From the NCBI GenBank assembly GCA_976551045.1, contig CDPCPM010000344.1:5704001-5768000 (forward strand): a DNA stretch of 64,000 nucleotides, written 5' to 3'. This DNA comes from Glaucostegus cemiculus (taxonomy: Eukaryota). The notes beneath the pieces were generated by a model. It did not search any database. It was not told the DNA's origin and was given only the letters and a program-made list of their open reading frames with translations. Each line of letters starts with the position of its first letter. Within the stretch, counting starts at the first letter, position 1. A program made the translations under genes and the position numbers. This document shows, one piece after another, positions 50,426 through 62,433 of this stretch.

Positions 50426-50599
50426 ATTATCGTTTCTGACACGTTATTTTCTTCTAATAGATGTCGGCTGTCTACACCTCCTCAATAGGACTTATAGCAC
50501 TCTTGTACTAGCAAATTAGTATAACAGCAGGCAAGCACAATCAAAGCTATTATTCCCAAATAAAATCCAGACGGATAGGCAAATCAGCTGACCCGTCAT
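50422..50599 (-). pseudogene. Putative disrupted ~58-aa single-pass membrane accessory ORF between pol and env
   Basis: ATG at 50599. Removing one T and reading through one TGA gives MTGQLICLSVWILLGIIALIVLACCYTNLLVQECYKSY*GGVDSRHLLEENNVSETII, whose stop overlaps the env start (ATGA). Needs two repairs. Confidence 0.45.
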
Positions 50600-50619
50600 A
50601 TATCAAAGTCCAAAGTTAT

Positions 50620-51584
50620 TCAGGTGCTATTTGCTTGGGGCCTTTGTTCCTTGTCCGAAAGGTTATCAGGATAAAAGATTTTGCATCTGGTAGCATGCGT
50701 CCAATCCGGGCGTCCGTCTAATTTCAACGCGGTCCTAGTTGTCAGCAGCACTTGATAGGGTCCTTTCCATCTAGGAGAGAAAGATTCCTTAGTTAAAGCT
50801 TTCACTAAAACTTGATCCCCTGGTTTAAAGGGATGCATACTTCCTTCTGTCATTGGAATTTGAGCCTGCCGTACCCTGTCATGCAACTTGGCAGCTACCT
50901 CACTTATGGCCTGTGCAAACTTCAGGGTGATCTCATCATTCCAAATTAAAGCCACTTTTTCCGGCGCCAGGGGAGGTTTTACCCCTGTGGGCATTGGCCT
51001 GCCCATTAAGGCTTCATGCGGTGTTAAACCAGTATTTCGGTTCTTTTGATTTCTCATCATATACATAACAATTGGTAAAGCTTCAGGCCATTTTAATCCA
51101 GTCTCGTGGCATGTTTTATTCAAGGCTGCTTTTATTTCACCATTCACCTGTTTCACCATGCCTGAAGACTGAGGCTGGTAGGGTATATGTAATTTCCACT
51201 GGAATCCCATTGTTTCTATTAATGCACCTACTATCTTCCCTGTAAAATGTGTTCCTCTATCACTATTAATTCCCATAGGTATACCATATCGGGGTATCAA
51301 TTCCTTCAACAATATCTTTACCACTGTTCTAGCATCATCCCTCCTAGTGGAGTATGCTTCCGTCCATCTAATGAACATATCCACAATTACTAACAGGTAC
51401 TTCAACCCGGAGGCCGGAGGCATGTGTACAAAATCAATTTGCAAATTCTCGAAGGGCATACTAGGCTGTGGCAAGTGATCATACTTCGCTGGTGTTTTTC
51501 CTTTATTGTTTTTCTGGCAAATTTGGCATGTTCTAACTACCTTTTCTATTGTGACCGTTATTCCGGGTGCATACCATTGCGTGG
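50620..51584 (-). pseudogene. pol: Retroviral integrase, 5'-truncated, DD(35)E catalytic Glu replaced by Lys
   Basis: CQIC half of the HHCC finger, LQIDF, SDRGTHF, YQPQSSGMVKQ (K exactly 36 residues after the second D), C-terminal PRWKGPYQVLLTT. The first ~20 aa of the listed 343-aa ORF (GTG start) come from host flank beyond the TSD. Confidence 0.92.
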
Positions 51585-53829
51585 TCCACACAAATCCATG
51601 GAGCAGTTCACCAACGCTGAACAATACCAGTGTATATAGACTGTTCCACACACTTCAGCTATTCCTGTGTTGTTGTTCTGTTAGAGTAATAATATAACAC
51701 TTTCCTAAGATGTCAAAACTGTGGAAAATCTTATTCTCTCATTTTCACCATCCCACGGGCCTTTAAACCCAATAGACTGTGATCAGTATTCCTCAACATC
51801 ATCCTGTGGTTTTAAGCAATGATCTGATTATACATCTTCTGAATTAGCCATTTGCTTGGGTTTTACAATTGCAAAGACAGGGGTAATGAAGAAACCTCAT
51901 GTATTGTGACAGTCAGTGGGGATTAAGATCACTCATTTAAATTGGATTGAACTGGGATAATTTTGCCTCAGTGATATAAATGGAGCCAGAGGGCATCTGA
52001 CAATGAGTTCAATCCCTGGCATTGTCTAGCTCTGGGGTATTCGAAGGGGAGACCATTTCCTAACATTCCAGCCTATGGTGTTCGAAGAACTCTGTCCACA
52101 TATTCCATGTCTCATCTGAAACCTCCTTGTCCTTTCTGGGAAGGGAATAAGTTAACAATCCAGGCCAATTAGTCAATCAATTTAGGAAGTCACCTGGGCC
52201 CTGAGTAATGATATGCAGCATCTAACTTGTCTGCAAGATGATGCTTGCTTCCAGCAATAACTTCAGCTCCCATTTGAAAGAGCACATCAAATCAGCATTC
52301 ACTGTGCCTCCTGGTTCGAGTTTAGATAACTTTAGTCCTTTGTCTTCAATAAGCTATTTAATTGACAAAACTATCTACACAAACGTGTCTGGATGTTCAT
52401 CCCCAGATAGCACTAAGCATGTGGTATAATAGAATGAGCATGTTGTACTTGCATTTGAAATTCATTTCAATGACTTCGACTAAATGAACTCCAGAGATTG
52501 AATACAAGGCACTGATGCTCCCATACACCGTGTTTAGCATTACTGACCAAGGATGACTTTGTGCACAACATGGTCTAATACCTTCATTACCTTCAAAAAC
52601 GACCACGGCCACCATTTTATAATTTCACCCTCCTAATTACCCCGTATTTCCATGAAATAAAAAATAAATAGCTAATAAGATTCTAAATAATTGTCTGTAC
52701 AGAATCACAGTACAAAGTGCTGGAGATTAATTATAAAGCTATTTAGATATTAGCTCAATCCTTTTTTTAACTATTATAATTTAGCAAAGTTATTCAGGGA
52801 TTATAAAGTTTGCAACACTCACAGAATAAATTCCATACGTAATGACCCTCTGATGCATATTATCTATATATTCCATCGTTCAATGCCATAATTTAAAATC
52901 AGTCAAATATGTCCCAAAATTATGTGCGTAATTCTCTTTCTATGACAACTGTCTATGCCCCATTTACAGATTATAATATTGCAAAATTACTAAAAGAGAT
53001 GAACTGTCTTCAGTTGCATAATGAATTGGAGCATGAATCTGTCGAGTTGTGGAATTAATGTTATCAAGGGCAGTTTCCTTATGACTGATAGTTGCAGCAG
53101 CTGAACTCAAATTAACATCTTGGATTACAGCTGAGCTTTCTTTACCCTGTATTTCACAGATGACTATATTTGAACAAAATACAAAATGATGCATTGGGAC
53201 GAAACACAGTTTAAGGTTTAACATCCTCTGATTGACTCCTGCTTTGTTACTTTAACAGGAGCGTTAACCCACATAAGGTAATCATGTTGGCACTTCTAAT
53301 CAAGGAGTAGGTGGAAGAAATATCCTGTGATAAACTTGTTCCCTCTGGTGTCATGAACCTTGTTTGACATTATCAGGTCTGATGTTGTGTATAGACCACA
53401 GTAAGCGCAGAGGTTACGACTAGAAATCAGGCACTGCTGAATCCTCCATCAGGGCCATTGGATGGTCAGAGCCTTGAGGCATGGAAGGATGAAATGAGGC
53501 CACAGCATTGTGATGGAGTCCGTCATGGCATCAAAGGGTGAGATTAGGACCTTGAGGGATCATGGCATTAGAGGGCCAGAGTGTAATGTGATTAGGGGAC
53601 AGGGTGGGTGCTCTCTGAGTGCTGTATGATCAGGTGGTCAGAGCCGCAGGTGGTCAGGATATCAGTAAGTTGTAAGGTCAATTACTACGACGGTAGGTGT
53701 TGTAGAGGTTGAGATGGGGGCAGATGTTTCTTTTTGTGCAGTCCCAGTCTGCAATGAAAATACACTTGTCCTGGCAGATTGACTACAGAAAATTGTAATT
53801 AGATTTATGGATGGGCTAAAAAATTATAT

Positions 53830-54215
53830 AAAGTAAAGCAGCCAACATAATCAAGGACTCCTCCCACCCCGGTCATTCTCCCTTCTCCCCCCCTCCCATT
53901 GGGCAGAATATTCAACAGCTTGAGGGCATGTACCAGCAGGCTCAAGGACAGCTTCTGTCCCGCTGTTATCAGACTCTTGATCGGACCTCCCATAGGCTAA
54001 AAGATGAACCCTTGATCTCCCAATCTGCCTTGTCATGGCCCTTGTACTTTGTCTACCTGCACTGCACTCTCTCTGTAACTGTAACACTATATTCTACATT
54101 CTGTTTTCCTTTTTGCTACAACAATGTACTTAGGTATCTGTCTGGATAGCAAGCAAACCAAAGCTTTACACTGTATTTCAATACACACGACAATAATAAA
54201 CCAACATCAATATTA
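53830..54215 (+). mobile_element. Rex1/Babar-like LINE 3' fragment
   Basis: Similar to 9335-9815. Confidence 0.75.
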
Positions 54216-54254
54216 TTAAAAAGGCTGACCTATACTGAAAGTGGATAACTCACA

Positions 54255-55784
54255 TTGTCTAAATGGGTGAATGAGGGAAGTCAGGGAGGAAGTAGCAGGG
54301 GCCCTAGAGATAATCGTCCGAATGTCTAACCCTTTCAGGGGTGGTGCCCAAGGAATGCAAACTTGAAAACACTGCACTCTTGTTCAAAAGAGTGTGTACT
54401 GATAAACTCAGTAACTGCAGACCAGTTTAGCCTCAGTAGTGAGGAATGTCTGAGAAACATTAACCGGTAACAGAACTAACAACCACTCAGACGAGTGTGG
54501 ATTGCTTAGAGAAAGTCACCATGGATAGTTGAAGGAAAATCATGTTGAACTAACTTGATCGGGCTTTTTTTGATGAAGTGACAAAGAGGGTTGATGAGGG
54601 AGATGCTGTTGGTGTTGTATGTATGGATTTGTAAAAGGCATTTAGCAATACTCACAGAATAAATTCCATACGTAATGCCCCTCTGATGCATATTATCTAT
54701 ATATTCCATCGTTCAATGCCATAATTTAAAATCAGTCAAATATGTCCCAAAATTATGTGCATAATTCTCTTTCTATGACAACTGTCTATGCCCCATTTAA
54801 ATAAAAGGATATAACATTGGCTAAGTGACAAGAAACATAATGGTGGTGGAAGGAATTTTATCAGATTGAAGGGAAGTACGCAGTGGAACATAGAACATTA
54901 CAGCACGGTACAGGCCCTTCGGCCCACAATGTTGTGCCAACATTTTATCCTGCTCTAAGATCTATCTAACCCTTCCCTCCCACATAGCCCTCCATTTCTC
55001 TCTGCAAGTGTTGCAGTGAGGACAGTTGCTTTTCAGATATATTTATGATTTAAACCTGGGAGTATGGGCATAATTTCCACATGTGCAGAGGATACAAAAC
55101 TTGGACATGCAGTGAACTGTGAGGACGAATAGTCACAGAAGTACAAGAAAATACAGAGAGGCTGGTGAAATGGTTGGAAAGGTGGCAGATGAAACTTAAT
55201 GCTGAGAAATTTGAATTGCTGTATTTTGACTGGAAGAATGAGAGGTGCCAACGTAAACTAGAGACACCGTTCTAATGGGGGTACAAGAACAGAGAGACCC
55301 AGGGTATTTATGTACGTGGTTTGTTGAAAGTGTAAGGCAGATTGAGAAAGTGATTAAAAAGCATTCAGGGACCTAGTCCATTGGCATTACTACTAGAACC
55401 TTGGTAAAATATTGGTTCAGTCACAATAGGAGTACACTTCAGGGAGGAAGTGAAGATTTTGAAGAGGGTGCGGAACAAACTTAGCAAGATGATTCCAGAG
55501 GTGGAATACTTTAATGATGTGGACAGATTGGAGTTGTGCTCATTGGAACAGAAAGAAGTTACAAAAAGATCTGATGGCGATATTTCAGATCATAAAGGAA
55601 TTGATACAAAGGATGAAGAGAAACTGTTCTCGGTGACAGAAGGCCCAGTAACTAGAGGACATTGAATGAAGGTGATAAGAAAACAGACAAAAAGTTATCG
55701 GAAGCAAAACATTTTTACAAAGTGACTAGCTAGGGTCAGAAATGTGCTGCTAGAGGTGGCAGATTCATTTTGTAATGTTCAAAG
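54255..55784 (+). mobile_element. Old decayed CR1 LINE RT region with nested insertions
   Basis: Degenerate CR1 RT sequence (GGAAAATCATGTTGAACTAACTTG; GCAGAGGATACAAAACTTGG; TGGCAGATGAAACTTAAT). Confidence 0.7.
54645..54799 (+). repeat. 155-bp copy of 52812-52966
   Basis: Direct comparison shows 3 mismatches. Confidence 0.95.
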
Positions 55785-56192
55785 TGTCATGATTCTGAGT
55801 ACTGGCCCTTGATTTGGTTCCTTGGATGCCTCGTTGTACAGCACATGGATTCCATGCTGGACTGATTGCACAACGACACACACCTGAGCCCCATCAGGGG
55901 TCTAGCATAAGTACCTGGGTTTCTCTAGCACTAGTTGCCAGAGGATTGGTCAACCTTCAGGTTTACTTTGGCTCCTAGCTGCTTAGAGTGGTCTACTCTA
56001 GAGCAGATCTGCATTCTCTAGTCCTGCTTGAAGATTCAGTTTGTGTTGAGATTACTACTCAGATCTCTGAGGCAAGATTTCCTTCCAGTGTTGCCTGTGT
56101 TTGGTCCTGAGGAAGTATCCTGACTCCAGTCTTGTACCAGTGTGCCGCATTTGGGTTCTCCGTGAGCCTGCTCTTCAATCAACATTGTGACA
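55785..56192 (+). mobile_element. Solo LTR, family A (408 bp)
   Basis: TGTCA...TGACA termini; perfect 5-bp TSD CAAAG (55780-55784 and 56193-56197). Orientation is tentative. Confidence 0.9.
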
Positions 56193-56822
56193 CAAAGGGG
56201 TTGATGGACTAAGGGGAGAGGGCGGGGGGAAATTTCTCTTGCACAGAGCCAGCATATACCTAAAAGCCCCAATAGTCTTGTTCCTTACTTTAACTATTCT
56301 TTCTGTGAGTCTGTCTAAAATCTCATTCAAATGAGCCCTCTCAAGGCACCACAGTGAAATGCAAGCTTATATTATTATGTCCTTATGTGGGAGTTAAGTC
56401 TGTAATCTTCTGTTATTGAATTCCATATTGAATTAAAGTTCCAGTAAAATAAGTGACTTGTGTTTGTCCTCCAGTCTCTTTATGGAACGGCCCAAGCTAA
56501 TTGACGAGTTCTTCTGATCGACTGAGATCTGAAATTGCTATTGATCACATCCCTTCCGTCTCTGTGGAAGCTGCAGTTTACTTCTGTAATAGGCATTGAA
56601 CAATAAAAGCAACACTTTTTTTATTATAAGTCCCTTTGATATCTTGAAAGAATATTTTCCCAAGAGTGGATGAACAATTTTGACATGAGTTCCTTTAGTA
56701 TATAATAAATTGCAGAGAGTAGTCCAATACATCACGGGCACATCCCTCCACACCATCGGTAGTATCTACAGGAGGCACTGCCTCGAGGCAACACCCATCA
56801 TCCAAGATCCCCACCACCTGGG

Positions 56823-57534
56823 TGAAACGGTTTGTGTGGGTCTTGGGGGTATTAAGAATTCTGGACATAGTTTGGTTTGCTAACAAAGAGAACTTTATTA
56901 TAAGCTACAGATGCAGAACACAGGGCAGGATGGACGGGAACGGGGGTACATTCACTCACACACACTTGGATACCCGCAGGACACGAGAGAGGAATCGCAA
57001 CAGGGGTAAAATACACACACACACACACGCTGATGCACACAGGTAATAAGTAACAGTATACTGCTTCAGACTATAACACTACAGTGCTGGGCCCACCCTA
57101 GCACTGGCTCTAACACTACCCAGAGTTTGAGTGGAACACTCCCTGACCATGTGGCAATGCACTCTTACCAAAGGTTTCTGTAGTGTTACCTCACTACTCC
57201 CAGGTCGTAGAAAGAGGAAGAGCTGGGGTCTCAGCCCTTTTTATGGTGCTGGAAGGCTGGGTGGAGCCTTACTGTTACCATTTGAAAGAGCCAATAGTGG
57301 AGAGGTCAAGGACAAAAGCCTCTGCCACAGCCAATGGTCAAGGGAGGTCAAAGACAAAAGAACTTGTTAGACAGGTTTAGGGTCAAGGGATACTCTCCCA
57401 CCTGAGGGGTGGGTGGAGCTGCACCTTGATTGACAGGAGGATGACTTCCAATTAGAAGGAGCAATCCTGTCTTCTGGTCAGCGGGGGGTCAGTGTTACTG
57501 CTGTCACTGACAGACATGTTGATTTCTCACAACA
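56823..57534 (-). mobile_element. Solo LTR, family D (712 bp), inserted in a Rex-like fragment
   Basis: TG...CA ends; perfect 5-bp TSD CTGGG (56818-56822 and 57535-57539); Rex sequence resumes after it; minus-strand CATAAAA near 57240 and AATAAA near 56896. Confidence 0.88.
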
Positions 57535-59019
57535 CTGGGCCATGCCACCTTCTCACAGCTACCATTGGGCAGGAGGTACCGAAGCTTGAAGTCCCACACC
57601 ACCAGGTTCAAGAACAGCTACTTCCCTTCAACCATTCGGTTCTTGAACTAACCAGAACAACCCTAATTTCTATCTCAGAATAGGAACACTATGCCCATTT
57701 TGATCACCTTGCATTAAAATAGAGCTTGTTTTTTTGTTCTAATTGTGTTTTTCCAGTACGATAATGGCTAACACGAGGGGACATAATTTTAAGGTGACTG
57801 GAGGAAGGTATAAGGGGGATGTCAGGGGTAAGTTTTTTTACACAGCGAGTGTAAAACACACTGCCAGCAGAGGTTGTGGAGGCAGATACATAAGGGACAT
57901 TTAAGAGACTCTTAGATAGATACATGAATGATAGAAAAATAGGGGGCTATGTGGGAGGGAAGGGTTAGATAGATCTTCGAGCAAGATAAAATGTTGGCAC
58001 AACATTGTGGGCTGAAGGGCCTGTACTGTGCTGTAGTGTTCTATGTTCTATGTGTTCTTTCTTGTAAAAATTGTTTAATTTATGTTTTTCTTTTGCATGT
58101 TTCTTATATGATGCTTTGTACGTGTGATGCTGAAGGTTTTCATTACACCGTGCATACATGTACTAGTGCATAGGACAATAAACTCAACTTTACCTTTGTA
58201 AATTTCCCCGTTTTAAAGCTGTGGATCCTTCAGTATTTTCTGTGCAAAGAGAGGTGGCCCATAACCTGGGAGAGGGAGTAGAAGTGTCAGCAACTTCCCC
58301 ACTGCTGATTATTATCCTGCTGTCGAGCAAGTGTCCAGAAGGCACAGGGGTAGGATTTGAGTTTGACTGTGAAACACCATGTGGTCACTTTGTCCACTGG
58401 AACTCGAAAACTAAGCACACAGATGAAGAAAGGCTGTCCACAGGAGAAACTACAGGGCAACTGGCTTTAGTTAATTAATATTCCAGCAACAATAATCTTC
58501 TTTGGGAAAGCAGTTTTAAATATCTTATTAAAACGAGTTTCCATGTTATTACCCAGAGCGTAGCCACCGCTGCTTTTTTGTTGAAGTCACTCAGTAGGAA
58601 AAAGATCTTGTTCAATGTACTCCGGCCCTCGTCTGTCACATCATGGGATGCACTGGGTTGACAACATATTAACTCTTTTAGATTTGACTGGACAAATTAT
58701 CAAAGAACTTAATTTACTGGAAGAAAAACCCTGAGCTAATGGGCATGTTTTTGATTTCTAAGGATTAAATGTCCTTCAAATTTCTCCAGACTTGCTGGAG
58801 CATCAGATACAAAGCCACGGGAACTTGGCAAATCTGTTCAAGAGCTGTCAGTGTAGTTTGGAGGAAGCACGTTGCACTGTTGACTTTCCACAACATGATG
58901 CACAACACAAGCTATGAAAGTGAGAAGTTGAAAGCTTTATTAATCAGCAGTTCTGCCATCAGCACGTGGAGATATTGGAAAAGATGGAAAGTCAAGGTTA
59001 GATACCCAAGGAGAAGAGC

Positions 59020-59310
59020 AGGCATGGTAGCGTAGCAGTTAGCATGACACTTTACGGTGCCAGCGACCCAGGTTCAATTCCATCACTGTCTGTAAGGAGT
59101 CTATATGTTCTCCCCGTGTCTGTGTGGGTTTCCTCCGGGTGCTCCGGTTTCCTCCTACTTTCCAAAGATGTAGAGGTAAGGAAGTTGTGGGCATGCTATG
59201 TTGGTGCTGAAAGTGTGGTGTCACTTGTGGGCTGCCCCCAGAACATTCTGCGCAAAAGATGCATTTCACCGTGTGTTTTGATGTACATGTGACTAATAAG
59301 GGTATCTTAA
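59020..59310 (+). mobile_element. V-SINE, tail type A
   Basis: Full-length family match. Confidence 0.85.
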
Positions 59311-61069
59311 TTAAGACAATCCAAAACCAATATTCTGTTAGTTTTCTTTCTACATTCTTTGCCCCATACTAATCAGATTTGATCTCTTCATTCTCCTTTG
59401 CATTAATTCTTTTGCTCCTTATCAAACCACTTTTAAACGACAAACTGATAATGATACACCATCAAGTTTGCACCAATTGTTAAGTACCCATTTACACTAA
59501 TCCCACTTCATTCTCCCCTGTGCCCCCTCCAGATTCCACCACTTTCCTACACAACAGAGGCAATTTACAGTGGCTAATGAACCTACCAACCCCCATGTCT
59601 TTGTGATGTGAGTGGAAACCAGAACACCCAGAGGAAACCCACAGGGTTACGGGGGGGCGGGGGGGAGGTGGTGGGGGGGTGGTGGTGGAGAGAACATGCA
59701 ATCTTCACACAGACAGCACCGGAGGTCAGGATTGAACCCAGGTCTCTGGAGCTGTGAGGCAACAGCTGTGCTGAGTGCATCACTGTGCCAATCAGACTGT
59801 GAAGCTGTCCTGAGCTTCTTTTTGCTCCTACAGCTGCCAAGCTTTTAACGTCTGAAATTGTCCATTAATATCACTTTATAATTATCTCATTATTATTCTG
59901 ATTTGTTTTAGCGGTATATTGCATGGACAGATTTCCGGTTACATACCACCGCTCTCAGGACAAAGACGTCCAGTGAGTCACTTCACTCTGAGAAGAAATT
60001 TCTACACACCTCGGTTTTAAATGACCAACTCCTTATCTTGTAACCGTGCCTCCTTGTCCATGATTCTTCCATTAGTAAAAATCAATCCTAAGTGTTTCAG
60101 TCTGACCATTTAATTGTTGTTTTTCCAGGGCGATCTTTACCTTTTGTTGTCCATAGCAATAAATGGAAGGGATTACCCTCAGAATTACTGTAAATGATAT
60201 AAGCAATAGATTGTGTTTATGCTTCCTATTCCCTTACTTTGACAGGTGGGTTAAAATGGAAAAAAGTTACGATCTTAAACTATCACCCGGTGATGTCCTA
60301 AAACTTTACTGCTTGCAACATCACTTCCATCCTTAAAAACATGCTGTGGATTATCCCTCTGAGCTTTTCATTGCTCTTGCAATCCATGTTCTCTGTGGAG
60401 AGCCTTGGGCTGCCTTCTAAAGTAAAGTTACTGCAAAAAATAGAAATTACTCCCTCTCTGATGCCATCAGCAGTAATTTTGAGACTGAATATTTTCCAGT
60501 CAGTAGTGTCAGCTTGCATTATTTTTCAGTAAAGTGGGCGAAGAAGAGCCAATTTATATTAAGTAATGAGTTTGGCTCAGTTCAGACAGTATTCTTTGAT
60601 TATCTATGCTCCTTAAGTAACAGTGATTTCTAGCTTTGTTACGATTTTGCACAAAACTGAGAAAAGAGGAATCAGAGGTATTTTTATAACTTGAACGGTG
60701 AAGTGGCAGATTATAAAGCTTTGGTAGGGATACTAATACACAGGTTCTGCTCTGATTGTGTCAGAAGGGATAAAGTCTTTGCAATGTATGTTTTTAAAAC
60801 TGAATACACAGGAATTTAAATTCAACGATTGTCAAATGAAGGGAAAATCCACACATTCCATCTCAGCCCATTCACCAGCAAGTTTGGAAGATGTGGACTT
60901 TGAAACACCACTTTGGCTCCAGGCACATCATTGGCAGTAACACCGCAGAGTAGCACGGGGGACTGAGAGGGTGTTGAGAGGGCCATCTGTCAGTTGAGAG
61001 GTGGTGCCCATCAGGCCTAATTGGTTGTTGAAAATAAATTCTTGAAGAGGAGAAAGTGTGGAAGAAGTT

Positions 61070-61432
61070 TCTCTCCTGGTATCATGACGACATTTCTACC
61101 GGTGTCACGGTAACAGCTCTCCTGGATTAATGGCCTCATTTCACCTGGTGTCATGGAAACACCTTTCCTGATATCACCTCAACATCCCTTCTGCTGTCAC
61201 ACCAACATCACAACATGGGCAATGGTAATACTCTTGCTGGTGGTATGATAAAATTCCTGCAGGTGCTATGACAACTGATTTCATGGTAACGTCCCTCTTG
61301 ACATCATGCTAATGTCATTGAAACACTCCTGCTGGTGTCCTGCTAACATTGCTTCAAGTGTCATGGTAACACTGCCCTTGATCCAACAGTAACAACTCTC
61401 CTGGTGTCACTGGAGCCTTCCATCTGGTGCCC
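61070..61432. repeat. Degenerate ~23-bp minisatellite
   Basis: Recurrent unit close to CTCCTGGTGTCATGGTAACA. Confidence 0.7.
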
Positions 61433-62016
61433 TAGCTAGTGGGGAGGTGGGAACAATGTGCCTGTGAGTGACCTCATGTTAAGAACATAATGAAGTCGGA
61501 GCAGGAGCGGACAACTTAGCTCCTCCTGCTTGCCCTTGCCATTCAATATGATCAGGACTGCTCTGCCTCAGCTCTCATTTCTTCTGCGTCTGTTCCCCAC
61601 CACCCTCAATTCTTCCATCTTTCAAAACTTTATTTCTTTCCTCCATAAATACCCCCAATGATCCAGCGTCCACAATCGTCCAGGATAGAGAATTACAGAG
61701 AGTCTGTGAGAAGAATTTCCTACCCACCCTATGTACTCATTACAAAATGCTCTTGTACCTATTTTCATGACATCAGCAAACTTGGAAACACTCTGCCCCT
61801 ATGTCCAAATCATTACTATAAATTGTAAGTAACTGAGGGAATTGATGTTGGAAATGTCAGAAATATCAGAGGGTGATTTGTTGCGATTCTCAGCCTTCCC
61901 TCCCAGTGAAGTGCCTGTCCTCGCCAGCATGCACTGATACACGTCCATCTCCACCAGTGCCAGCCTCAGAACACTTGCCATGCGAGCAGAGGACACGCCA
62001 CAGCTGCCATTTTAAC

Positions 62017-62433
62017 TTATCAGGGCAAGAACGACCAGGCTGAACAATAGTTTCTTTCTGCAAGCCATCAGAACTGCAAACTCACTCATCCCTCCATCTT
62101 CCTTTGTTAACACTAAGAGATGCTAGGTGCACAGAAATGCACCAGCACTTTAAATGCCGACACCAGCCCGTTCACTTTAAGATCTATTTATTTATTTACT
62201 GGCCACTTTTAATTTAATCTGCGTAATAATTCAATTTCAATCTCCATAGCTTCTAATGTGTAATGTTCTGTACTGTGTATTCTGCCAAGTGTGTATGTGT
62301 CTCTCTGTTGGTTGTTATGTTATTCTTTTTTTTTGTGGGACGAGCACCTGAGGAGGACGGTATCTCGCTCCTATGCATACTATGTATGTATATGGTTGTG
62401 ACAATAAAACTGATTCTGATTCTGATTCTGATT
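62017..62433 (+). mobile_element. Rex1/Babar LINE 3' end
   Basis: Close match to 35960-36319; (ATTCTG)n tail. Confidence 0.85.

Larger units (their letters stand above)
47962..51590 (-). mobile_element. Internally deleted endogenous retrovirus (6-nt 5' LTR stub - integrase - short ORF relic - env - PPT - 3' LTR)
   Basis: Perfect 5-bp TSD CAAAT at 47957-47961 and 51591-51595. The minus strand starts TGTGGA, identical to the first 6 nt of the 3' LTR, and ends ...CACGACA. Contains retroviral IN and Env ORFs in canonical order. Confidence 0.93.

Noticed and set aside
51591-51651. N-terminal 20 aa of the 343-aa ORF as a host-integrase fusion protein
   Set aside because: Starts at GTG in host flank beyond the TSD; most simply a chance open frame.
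56823-57534. Missing 5' LTR of the env provirus
   Set aside because: No similarity to the 373-bp 3' LTR; it has its own TSD; the provirus is already closed by CAAAT at 51591.
60311-60417. Possible minus-strand exon after TTTACTTTAG
   Set aside because: Weak donor and no recognisable protein similarity.
61070-61432. CRISPR-like array
   Set aside because: Vertebrate context, degenerate contiguous units, no unique spacers and no cas genes.
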